DNA from: an uncultured archaeon
GTDB taxonomy: Archaea; Iainarchaeota; Iainarchaeia; Iainarchaeales; DATDZZ01
Assembly: GCA_964373795.1 (NCBI GenBank)
Contig: CAYJVY010000001.1
Location: forward strand, 71,537 to 103,536
Length of the DNA: 32,000 bases
Direction of reading: 5' to 3'
In this document: positions 18,461 through 25,185 of the stretch, piece by piece
How the letters are laid out: each line of letters starts with the position of its first letter
Position numbering within the stretch: the first letter of the stretch is position 1
Translations under genes and position numbers: made by a program
Notes under the pieces: generated by a model
Database searches by the model: none
Told to the model about the DNA's origin: nothing
The model's input: only the letters and a program-made list of their open reading frames with translations

Positions 18461-19939
18461 TTATTTCTTTTCAGGCCTCATTTGAGGAAACAAGATTACA
18501 TCTCGAATTGTTGAAGAATCGGTTAACAGCATTGTAAGCCTGTCAATTCCTATTCCCATTCCACCAGTTGGAGGCATTCCACACTCCATTGAATTAACAA
18601 AATCAAAATCAATTGGATGATTTTCTCCTTTAACTCTACCAAATTCTTGTTGTTCTTCAAAAATCTTTAACTGAACAATTGGATTATTTAATTCAGAGTA
18701 ACCATTTCCTACTTCCCATCCATTAATGTAAGGCTCTAGTCTTTCAATTAATTCAGGAAATTCTCTGTGAACTTTACACAAAGGAGTTGTTTCTTTTGGA
18801 TGATCAATTACAAAGGTTGGCTGAATTAAATACTCTTCACAAAGTTTTTCAAACAATTTTGCAATTGCAAGCCCTCGAACAAAATCAATTGCAGGCAATT
18901 CAATTTTATGTTCAGCAATTAATTTCTTTAAATCTTCATCAGAGAGTTTATCCACATCTAAGTTAGCATATTTTTTCAATGCATCATACATTGAAATTCT
19001 ATTCCAAGGACTTTGAACATTAATTTCTTTTCCAGCATAAGAAAATTTTAAAGAAGATTTCACTCCTTTCACAACAAATTGAAACAATTTTTCAGTAAAA
19101 TTCATTACATCATTGTAATCCCAATATGCTGAATAAAATTCAAGCATTGTAAATTCAGGGTTATGAGTTTTATCAACATCTTCATTTCGAAAATTCTTGC
19201 AAATAGTGTAAACCTTTTCAAATCCTCCAATAATTAAACGCTTCAAGTAAAGCTCTGGAGAAATAGATAAATAAAAATCTGACTTCCAAGCATGAGATTT
19301 AGTTGTAAAAGGACGGGCATTTGCTCCTCCATAAACTGGCTGCAGTAAAGGAGTTTCCACTTCAAGAAAACCATTTTCATCCAAAAACTGTTTCACTAAT
19401 TTAATAATTTTAGTCCTAGTTTCAAACACTTTTCTAACCTCTGAATTCATAATTAAATCCAAATGCCTTTGCCTATGCCTTAATTCAATGTCTTGCAATC
19501 CATGCCATTTCTCAGGCAACGGAAGCAAAGACTTAGATAAAAAAGTTAACTCTGAAACTAAAACAGTTACTTCCCCCATTTTAGTTTTAAACACTTCTCC
19601 TTTAACTCCAACAAAATCCCCTCTATCCAAGCAATCCTTTAATTTTAAAGAATTCTCTGAAGAAAAACCTTTTTTCACGCAAACCTGAATCTTTCCCTTT
19701 CCATCAACTAAATCAAGAAAAGTTAAACCACCAAAACCTCTGGAAACCATTATTCTTCCACAAACAGATACAATGTCTTTTGTATGCTCGGCAGGACTTA
19801 ATTTAGAATCATATTTTTCATGCAATTCAGAAGAAAAATGAGTTCTAGAAAAACTATAAGGAAAAGGATTCACTCCAAGAGAATTAATTTTCTCCAAATT
19901 TTTTAACTTTGCTTCACGCAAATCTTCAACTGTAGTCAT
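18461..19939 (-). CDS. lysS: Lysyl-tRNA synthetase, class II
   Basis: 492 aa. N-terminal OB anticodon-binding domain. Class II motifs: FRNEDVDKTHNPEFTMLEFY (motif 2) and MPPTGGMGIGIDRLTMLL (motif 3). Confidence 0.9.
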   Translation of the reverse strand: MTTVEDLREAKLKNLEKINSLGVNPFPYSFSRTHFSSELHEKYDSKLSPAEHTKDIVSVCGRIMVSRGFGGLTFLDLVDGKGKIQVCVKKGFSSENSLKLKDCLDRGDFVGVKGEVFKTKMGEVTVLVSELTFLSKSLLPLPEKWHGLQDIELRHRQRHLDLIMNSEVRKVFETRTKIIKLVKQFLDENGFLEVETPLLQPVYGGANARPFTTKSHAWKSDFYLSISPELYLKRLIIGGFEKVYTICKNFRNEDVDKTHNPEFTMLEFYSAYWDYNDVMNFTEKLFQFVVKGVKSSLKFSYAGKEINVQSPWNRISMYDALKKYANLDVDKLSDEDLKKLIAEHKIELPAIDFVRGLAIAKLFEKLCEEYLIQPTFVIDHPKETTPLCKVHREFPELIERLEPYINGWEVGNGYSELNNPIVQLKIFEEQQEFGRVKGENHPIDFDFVNSMECGMPPTGGMGIGIDRLTMLLTDSSTIRDVILFPQMRPEKK

Positions 19940-20026
19940 TCAAAACCCTATTTTCTTATTAAAAACTACTAACAAACCTTTAATTTTCTTTCTCTTTAGG
20001 CAACTTACACTTTTTCTTTCTTTTGC

Positions 20027-20051
20027 AAGCTTTTCTTTTTAAGAAAAGCTT
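20027..20051. promoter_or_regulatory. Perfect 25-bp palindrome in the divergent lysS / methyltransferase intergenic region
   Basis: AAGCTTTTCTT-TTT-AAGAAAAGCTT: 11-bp arms with a 3-nt centre. It lies 47 nt upstream of the ATG at 20098. Confidence 0.4.
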
Positions 20052-20097
20052 AAGGCAGGAGGAAAAGGTTAAATAAGAATTAAAAAACAAATATGTT

Positions 20098-20796
20098 ATG
20101 GCAAGCAGACAACCAAGAAAAATAAGAGGACAAATAACTCCTCAAGAAAAGAGAAGAATTAAACCAAGAGAAAGAAAGTTAGTAGAGGAAATTAAAGCAA
20201 CAAAAAAAGAACATCCAACAATAAAGTATAAAATTCCTACTCAGTCACTAGAAGAAACAGAAAGAATATTAGAATTTCCTATTAAAACTTTTTTAAGAAG
20301 CAGGGTTAGTGAAAATGCAAAAGCAAGAGTAATAGAGTTAGGTTGTGGTCCAGGCATAGTGACAATAGATGTTGCAAATCAATTTAAAGAAAAAGTAGAA
20401 ATTCATGCAACCTCTTTAGCCTCACACTCTAATTGGAGAACTCGTCCAGAAATAAAATGGCTTGTTGCAAGATTTGAAAAAGTTCCAGGAATAATGAAAA
20501 AAAGATTGAAAGGAAAAAAGATTGATTTAATATTTTCTGAAGGAGGAATACTTCTTGCAGTAAATACAATGGATATTTCAAGATTAGGAAAAACTTTAAG
20601 TGAATTAATTGACTTGCTTGAAGTAAATGGAAAAATAGTCTTCGACTTTCAATCACAAGAGGTAAATTCGTTAATTCATTCAATAATGATTGCAAGAGGC
20701 AGAGAAAAAACTTTCAAACAAATAAGAGTTAAAGAAACTCCAAGCAGAGAACACAAAGAAACAACAATTCTAGAAATAACTAAAATTGCAGGATAA
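20098..20796 (+). CDS. Class I SAM-dependent methyltransferase with a basic N-terminal extension
   Basis: 232 aa. Motif I is VIELGCGPGIVT. The K/R-rich N-terminus is MASRQPRKIRGQITPQEKRRIKPRERK. Substrate unknown. Confidence 0.55.
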   Translation: MASRQPRKIRGQITPQEKRRIKPRERKLVEEIKATKKEHPTIKYKIPTQSLEETERILEFPIKTFLRSRVSENAKARVIELGCGPGIVTIDVANQFKEKVEIHATSLASHSNWRTRPEIKWLVARFEKVPGIMKKRLKGKKIDLIFSEGGILLAVNTMDISRLGKTLSELIDLLEVNGKIVFDFQSQEVNSLIHSIMIARGREKTFKQIRVKETPSREHKETTILEITKIAG

Positions 20797-20960
20797 AATT
20801 TTTTTAATAACTATTTTTCTAACCCTAATCAAAACAACTGCAACAAACAATGCATTAATTGCTGCTCCTAGATATGTGTGAAAAAAATCATGCAAATAAT
20901 CTGCACACGGAAAAATAAACAAATAAATGATGGTTCAACAATCACATGTGTTTAATATGA

Positions 20961-21040
20961 CAGCCTCACCGGCTGTTGACTCAGCCACGCCGGCTGTTGA
21001 CTCAGCTTCGTCGGCTGATCGCTTCAGCCACGCCGGCTGA
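20961..21040. repeat. G+C-rich tandem array of four stem-loops (21-nt period)
   Basis: Hairpins share the stem CAGCC/GGCTG at 20961-20975, 20982-20996, 21002-21018 and 21024-21040. There is a direct repeat GGCTGTTGACTCAGC at 20971-20985 and 20992-21006. G+C is 52/80 by my count. Confidence 0.7.
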
Positions 21041-21103
21041 ACGGCGAAAGAAAAGATTAGTGGGAAGAGCGGGAGTTGAACCCGCGACACCACGGTCTTC
21101 AGC

Positions 21104-21148
21104 TTCACCCAAACCAAACCAATATTCAACGAATTGACTTAGGTTTGT
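21104..21148 (-). other. tRNA-Phe intron 3 (45 nt, position 30/31 in the anticodon stem)
   Basis: Relaxed BHB: AG-CACA-[CG|A]-CAAACC ... GGTTTG-GGTG-[AA|G]-CT. The central helix has 3 Watson-Crick pairs plus one A.G mismatch. Splicing restores the stem CACGG/CCGTG. Confidence 0.65.
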
Positions 21149-21160
21149 CGTGTGCTCTCC

Positions 21161-21202
21161 TGAGCCAAAAATAAGGATTCCGATATGGCTCCTAAATTTT
21201 TT
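21161..21202 (-). other. tRNA-Phe intron 2 (42 nt, inside the D-loop)
   Basis: BHB: CTC-AGCC-[TG|A]-AAAAA ... TTTTT-GGCT-[CA|G]-GAG. The central helix is perfect. Splicing restores the D-loop AGCCTGGGA. Confidence 0.75.
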
Positions 21203-21212
21203 CAGGCTGAGC

Positions 21213-21251
21213 CGAAGGTTATTATTCCTTAATAAAAAAAAGGCTAATAAT
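21213..21251 (-). other. tRNA-Phe intron 1 (39 nt, position 9/10)
   Basis: BHB: GGG-AAGG-[TA|A]-TTATTA ... TAATAA-CCTT-[CG|G]-CTC. The central 4-bp helix is perfect and both bulges are 3 nt. Confidence 0.7.
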
Positions 21252-21342
21252 TACCTTCCCAGCTGAGAGTCAAAAAGACCCTAGCTTTCCCACTAAATAG
21301 AATTTACTAAGTGAAAGATTTTAAAAGTTGCTATTAAAAGAG

Positions 21343-21483
21343 CTATTTCATAAAAGGTTTAAGGTTTTCAGCTTTGCCAAGGTATTTTACAACTCTTTGT
21401 CTAGCTCCATTACTAGTCCAATGACTTTCAACTAAATAGTAATAAATTTGTCCGTGAATTACTTTTTTTCGAACAAAACTCAT
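21343..21483 (-). CDS. Hypothetical 46-aa basic protein
   Basis: Trimmed from the 100-aa track ORF, whose 5' part overlaps tRNA-Lys. Sequence is MSFVRKKVIHGQIYYYLVESHWTSNGARQRVVKYLGKAENLKPFMK. The K-x-G-x-YYYLVES...G...R-x-VKYLG pattern recalls the N-terminal segment of some IS1634-type transposases; this is from memory and not verified. Confidence 0.35.
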   Translation of the reverse strand: MSFVRKKVIHGQIYYYLVESHWTSNGARQRVVKYLGKAENLKPFMK

Positions 21484-21488
21484 AACAT

Positions 21489-21502
21489 GTTTTAGGCACC
21501 AG
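21489..21502 (-). repeat. Motif copy A: CTGGTGCCTAAAAC (minus strand)
   Basis: Plus strand reads GTTTTAGGCACCAG. It lies 5 nt upstream of the ATG of the 46-aa ORF. Confidence 0.8.
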
Positions 21503-21556
21503 AATTGATTTAAATATATTCTTTTCTCCTCTAAAAAAAAGGAATTTAAAGGAGAG

Positions 21557-21571
21557 ATTTTAGGCACCAGG
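21557..21571 (-). repeat. Motif copy B: CCTGGTGCCTAAAAT (minus strand)
   Basis: Plus strand reads ATTTTAGGCACCAGG. It lies 69 nt upstream of copy A and 42 nt downstream of the tRNA-Lys 3' end. Confidence 0.8.
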
Positions 21572-21613
21572 ATACTAAAATAATAAAAAGATTGAAGAAT
21601 TCCTGGTAGAAAA

Positions 21614-21687
21614 CGAGCCTGGGGGGATTTGAACCCTCGACACACGGCTTAAAAGGCCGCTGCTCTACCAGGCTGAGCTACAGGCCC
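21614..21687 (-). tRNA. tRNA-Lys(UUU), intron-less
   Basis: Minus strand reads GGGCCTGTAGCTCAGCCTGGTAGAGCAGCGGCCTTTTAAGCCGTGTGTCGAGGGTTCAAATCCCCCCAGGCTCG. 7-bp acceptor stem, D arm GCTC/GAGC, anticodon loop CTTTTAA, T loop TTCAAAT. Confidence 0.9.
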
Positions 21688-21743
21688 GTTATAAAGGAAA
21701 TAGGTTAACGAAAACAATTTATAACTAATTGTTGAAACAAGAA

Positions 21744-23027
21744 TTATTTTTTTACAGTTAATTCTTTTAATCCATTCATGTAAGGATGTAAAGCCTTTGG
21801 AATTTTAACACTTCCATCCTTTTGTTGAAAGGTTTCCAAAATAATTCTTAAAACTCTGGAAGTAGCAATCATTGTATTATTTAAAGTGTGAACAAATTCT
21901 TTTTCTCCATTCTTTTTCCTGAATTTAATGTTAGAGCGAACTGCTTGATATGAAGTGCAGTTACTGCAACTCATTAACTCAATAAATTTTTCTTCCCTAG
22001 GAGAAAAACCTTCAATGTCATATTTTTTTGCAGCAATAGATCCAATGTCTCCAGTGCAAACATTTACAACTCTATAAGGAATTTCAAGTTTTTGAAGCAA
22101 TTCCTCAGAGTTTTTAAGCAATTCTTCATGCAACCTCCAAGAATCATTTGGATGGCAAAGAATTACTTGTTCAACTTTATTAAATTGATGAACTCTAAAC
22201 AAACCTCTTTCATCAATTGAATGCTTGCCAATTTCTTTTCTAAAACACGGAGACAAACCAGTTAACTTAATTGGAAGCACTTCTTCAGATAAAATGTCAT
22301 TAGAATAAAGAGAAACTAATGGATGTTCTGAAGTAGCAATCAAAAACAATTCTTCTCCTTCAATTTTGTATAAAACCTCTTTAAAGTAATTTAAATCAGT
22401 TACTCCTTCGTAAGCCTTTTTTCGCAGCAGGAAAGGAGGTTCAATAAAAGTAAAACCTTTTTTTAAAAGCAAATCAATTCCAAATCTCTGCAAAGCCAAA
22501 TCAAGCAAAGCAATATCTCCTTTCAAATAATAAAATCCTGAACCAGAAACTTGAACTGCTTTTTTAAAATCAGCTCCTCCAAGTCTTTCAGCTAATTCTC
22601 CGTGATGAAGCAAATTAAAATCGGATTTAACTGGTTTGCCATGAGTTTTCACTACAACATTTTCAGAATCATCTTTTCCAATTGGAACAGATTCATGCAA
22701 AATATTTGGAATCCTCATTAAATAAAAATTAATTTGCTCTCTTAAAACATTTTGACTTTCCTCTAAATCCTTAATTCTAGAAGGTAATTCCTTTGCTTCT
22801 TGAATTAATTTTTTAGCATCCTTTTTCTGCTTTAAAAGAACCTCGATTTCTTTGGTTAAATCATTTCTTTTCTTTCTAAGAGACTCGGTTTCTTGAAGTA
22901 ACAACCTATATTTTTCATCCTTTACAAGCAAATCCTTTATCCAAGGAAGTTTCTCTAAATCATTTCTTTTCCTCAAATCTGCTTCAACAAGAACAGGATT
23001 TTCTCTAATAAACTTAATTTCAAGCAT
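21744..23027 (-). CDS. serS: Seryl-tRNA synthetase (bacterial-type)
   Basis: 427 aa. N-terminal coiled-coil arm. Class II motifs: LTGLSPCFRKEIG...GLFRVHQFNKVE (motif 2) and NNTMIATSRVLRIILE (motif 3 region). Confidence 0.9.
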   Translation of the reverse strand: MLEIKFIRENPVLVEADLRKRNDLEKLPWIKDLLVKDEKYRLLLQETESLRKKRNDLTKEIEVLLKQKKDAKKLIQEAKELPSRIKDLEESQNVLREQINFYLMRIPNILHESVPIGKDDSENVVVKTHGKPVKSDFNLLHHGELAERLGGADFKKAVQVSGSGFYYLKGDIALLDLALQRFGIDLLLKKGFTFIEPPFLLRKKAYEGVTDLNYFKEVLYKIEGEELFLIATSEHPLVSLYSNDILSEEVLPIKLTGLSPCFRKEIGKHSIDERGLFRVHQFNKVEQVILCHPNDSWRLHEELLKNSEELLQKLEIPYRVVNVCTGDIGSIAAKKYDIEGFSPREEKFIELMSCSNCTSYQAVRSNIKFRKKNGEKEFVHTLNNTMIATSRVLRIILETFQQKDGSVKIPKALHPYMNGLKELTVKK

Positions 23028-23095
23028 TAAATCACTGAAATTTATATACAGAATGTAATTACATAAATATTAATAAGCAATTCTAAGGAACAAAA

Positions 23096-23644
23096 ATGCA
23101 AATAACAATAGTAAGATATGGACATAGAATTATAAGGGATGCAAGAGTTACAACTCACTGTGCTTTAGTTGCAAGAGCTCTTGGAGCAAAAAAAATGATT
23201 TTAATAGGAGAAGAAGACTTAAACTTCAAAAACCAAATACAAAAAATAAACGAAGAGTGGGGAGGAAAATTTGAAATAGAATTCAACAAAACATGGAAAG
23301 AATGCTTTAAAAAACTAAAAAAAGAAAACACAACAATCATTCACAACACAATGTATGGAATACCAATTCAAAAAAAAATAGATGAAATAAGAAAAAAAGA
23401 AAAAATAGCAATAGTTATTGGAAGCAAAAGAGTACCAAAAGAAATATACCTTGAAAGTGATTACAATATTGCAATTACAAACCAGCCACATTCCGAAATA
23501 GCTTCACTAGCAATAACATTACACGAAATACTTCAAGGAAAAGAACTAGAAAAAGAATTCTCAAACCCAAAAAAGAAAATTATTCCAAGCGAAAAAAGAA
23601 AAAAAATAGTAAAAACATCAATTAAAAAAGTTAATTCTAGATAA
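23096..23644 (+). CDS. trm56: tRNA (cytidine56-2'-O)-methyltransferase, aTrm56 (SPOUT)
   Basis: 182 aa. The N-terminus ITIVRYGHRIIRDARVTTHCALVARALGAKKMIL matches the characteristic aTrm56 LRLGHRxxRDxRxTTHVxLxARAFGA pattern. NQPHSEIASLAI is in the knot region. Confidence 0.7.
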   Translation: MQITIVRYGHRIIRDARVTTHCALVARALGAKKMILIGEEDLNFKNQIQKINEEWGGKFEIEFNKTWKECFKKLKKENTTIIHNTMYGIPIQKKIDEIRKKEKIAIVIGSKRVPKEIYLESDYNIAITNQPHSEIASLAITLHEILQGKELEKEFSNPKKKIIPSEKRKKIVKTSIKKVNSR

Positions 23645-23680
23645 TTATTTTAAATCTCTTTAGTAATAGACGCGATTCAA

Positions 23681-24220
23681 ATGGTGGAAAAAATAAATAT
23701 ATTAAATCTTAATATAACAAAAGACTTTTTATCTAGTCTAGGAGGAGAAAATGCAATAAAGTTAGTTACAATCTGCCAAAAAAAACGAAAAAAAGTAACA
23801 GATGAAGAAATTGGAAAAAGCATGAAAAACCTTAAAATAACAGAAATAAGAGCACTATTAAATAGATTACATTACAAAGGAATAGCGAACTATGCAAAAA
23901 AAAGAGACTCAAAATCAGGATGGTATCATTATACCTGGGATGTTAAAAATACTCGAATAGCTGAATTAATTATAGAAGAACAAAAAAACCACATAGAAAA
24001 ACTAGAACAAAAAATACAATTTGAAGAAGGACATGAATTTTTTACCTGTAAAAAAAATTGCGACAATGTTGCCTTTGAGATAGCAGCGGAATATGCATTT
24101 AAATGCCCAAAATGTAGCAAAGAAATGGATTTAATTGATACACAATCAAAAATAAAAAAAGTAAAAAACCAAATAAATTCAATAAAAAAAGAAATGGAAA
24201 TACTAAGAAAAGTAACATGA
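23681..24220 (+). CDS. tfe: Transcription factor E, alpha subunit (TFE)
   Basis: 179 aa. Winged helix (VTDEEIGKSMKNLKITEIRALLNRLHYKGIANY...SGWYHYTWDV). Zinc ribbon (FFTCKKNC...FKCPKCSKEMDLID). Confidence 0.75.
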   Translation: MVEKINILNLNITKDFLSSLGGENAIKLVTICQKKRKKVTDEEIGKSMKNLKITEIRALLNRLHYKGIANYAKKRDSKSGWYHYTWDVKNTRIAELIIEEQKNHIEKLEQKIQFEEGHEFFTCKKNCDNVAFEIAAEYAFKCPKCSKEMDLIDTQSKIKKVKNQINSIKKEMEILRKVT

Positions 24221-24331
24221 AACACAAATAGTTGGACAAAAAAATACAATTCTAAAACCCTTTAAAACCCATTTAAATGCGTAATAAACCAGTTTTATCA
24301 ATATTTTAATATAATACAACCCAAAAATAAT

Positions 24332-24406
24332 AGCGGGGTAGGGCAGTCTGGAGTGCCCGTCGGGCTCATAACCCGAAGGTCAAAGGTTCAAATCCTTTCC
24401 CCGCTA
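24332..24406 (+). tRNA. Initiator tRNA-Met(CAU)
   Basis: AGCGGGGTAGGGCAGTCTGGAGTGCCCGTCGGGCTCATAACCCGAAGGTCAAAGGTTCAAATCCTTTCCCCGCTA. It has an A1:U72 pair and three G:C pairs closing the anticodon stem (GGG/CCC). Both are archaeal/eukaryal initiator hallmarks. Anticodon loop is CTCATAA. Confidence 0.9.
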
Positions 24407-24422
24407 TTAAGGTGTTTGTCGA

Positions 24423-24430
24423 TTTTTTTT
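24423..24430 (+). terminator. T8 tract downstream of tRNA-iMet (archaeal oligo-T terminator candidate)
   Basis: TTTTTTTT lies 17 nt after the tRNA 3' end. Confidence 0.4.
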
Positions 24431-24659
24431 AACGTACATTCTGGAACTTCTGCTAATTCTTAAAAACAAAACTAAAAACCTTCTATTTAATAATAAAAAA
24501 AATATTAAAATAGTAAGTCTCAAAAATTGATTGCCTTTTTTAAAAAATTAAAACCTATAAATATACATAACAAAATAGTGTAAAATTAACTCTCACTTAT
24601 CAAAAAAACACAAAAAAAATACTAAAAACACCAAAAAAACAAACAATTGCAACAACAAA

Positions 24660-24673
24660 TTAGTAATTACTAA
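24660..24673. promoter_or_regulatory. Perfect 14-bp palindrome TTAGTAATTACTAA upstream of the wHTH gene (operator candidate)
   Basis: Self-complementary 14-mer. The core GTAATTAC recurs as half-sites at 24681-24687, 24690-24696, 24703-24710 and 24721-24728. Confidence 0.4.
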
Positions 24674-24702
24674 GAAAGTAGTAAATACAGTAAATATTTA
24701 AA

Positions 24703-24728
24703 ATAATTACGGTCATTATAGTAATTAT
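24703..24728. promoter_or_regulatory. Inverted repeat ATAATTAC-N10-GTAATTAT overlapping the ATG at 24727
   Basis: 8-bp arms with the same core as the 14-bp palindrome 30 nt upstream. Confidence 0.3.
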
Positions 24729-25185
24729 GGTTTTAAATATTTTAAAAAAAACTTTAAACAAAATTGGAAAGTATTTAGTTAGATTTACTGGAAAAGAGGA
24801 CAACACCCATGCTTCCACTATTAGTGACAACTCTAAATCTATATATGAAAAAGAGGAAAAAAAAGAGGAATTTATAGATGAAATTTATTCGATATGGGAT
24901 TATCTAGAGTTTAAGGAAAACACACAAGCATATTATTTGGTTAAGATAATGGGCTTTGAAGAATGGATATCAATGGAAGAGATTAAAAGAAGAATTTTAG
25001 AATTGTTTGGGGTTTCGTTTAAGCATGAAAAAAGCTTATATTCTTATTTAAAAACACTTGTTGATGCAGGGTTGTTGGAGTATTCAAACCATGGTGGGAG
25101 AAGGTTATGGAGAAAAAAGGATTTGATAATTAGACTAAAAAAGAAAAAAGAAAAGTCTTTAACTAGTGAATTACAAATTACTTAA
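24727..25185 (+). CDS. Hypothetical protein with a probable C-terminal winged-helix DNA-binding domain
   Basis: 152 aa. ISMEEIKRRILELFGVSFKHEKSLYSYLKTLVDAGLLEYSNHGGRRLWRK looks like helix-turn-helix plus a wing. No family assignment is possible by eye. Confidence 0.4.
   Translation: MVLNILKKTLNKIGKYLVRFTGKEDNTHASTISDNSKSIYEKEEKKEEFIDEIYSIWDYLEFKENTQAYYLVKIMGFEEWISMEEIKRRILELFGVSFKHEKSLYSYLKTLVDAGLLEYSNHGGRRLWRKKDLIIRLKKKKEKSLTSELQIT

Larger units (their letters stand above)
21061..21260 (-). tRNA. tRNA-Phe(GAA) with three BHB introns (four exons, mature 74 nt, no encoded CCA)
   Basis: Exons are 21252-21260 (GGGAAGGTA), 21203-21212 (GCTCAGCCTG), 21149-21160 (GGAGAGCACACG) and 21061-21103 (GCTGAAGACCGTGGTGTCGCGGGTTCAACTCCCGCTCTTCCCA). 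The spliced product folds as a canonical cloverleaf with anticodon loop CTGAAGA. All three introns are flanked by BHB motifs. Confidence 0.8.

Noticed and set aside
20961-21040. Possible mini-CRISPR array
   Set aside because: The repeats are contiguous with a 21-nt period and no unique spacers, and there are no cas genes in the window.
20935-21129. 64-aa ORF in the track (MNIGLVWVKLK...SADEAESTAGVAESTAGEAV...)
   Set aside because: It overlaps the 3' exon of tRNA-Phe and the G+C-rich hairpin array. Its repetitive peptide is just the translation of the 21-nt tandem repeat, so it is not a credible CDS.
21588-21613. Shared GTTTTCTAC 9-mer just 3' of tRNA-Lys and just upstream of motif copy C (29772-29780), considered as a possible att duplication
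   Set aside because: It is only 9 nt, T-rich and in inverted rather than direct orientation. That is insufficient as an att site. I kept it only as context for the four-copy motif finding.
21484-21645. 5' extension of the 100-aa track ORF (MCRGFKSPQARFLPG...)
   Set aside because: The extension runs through motif copies A and B and into the tRNA-Lys gene (21614-21687). I trimmed it to the internal Met at 21483.
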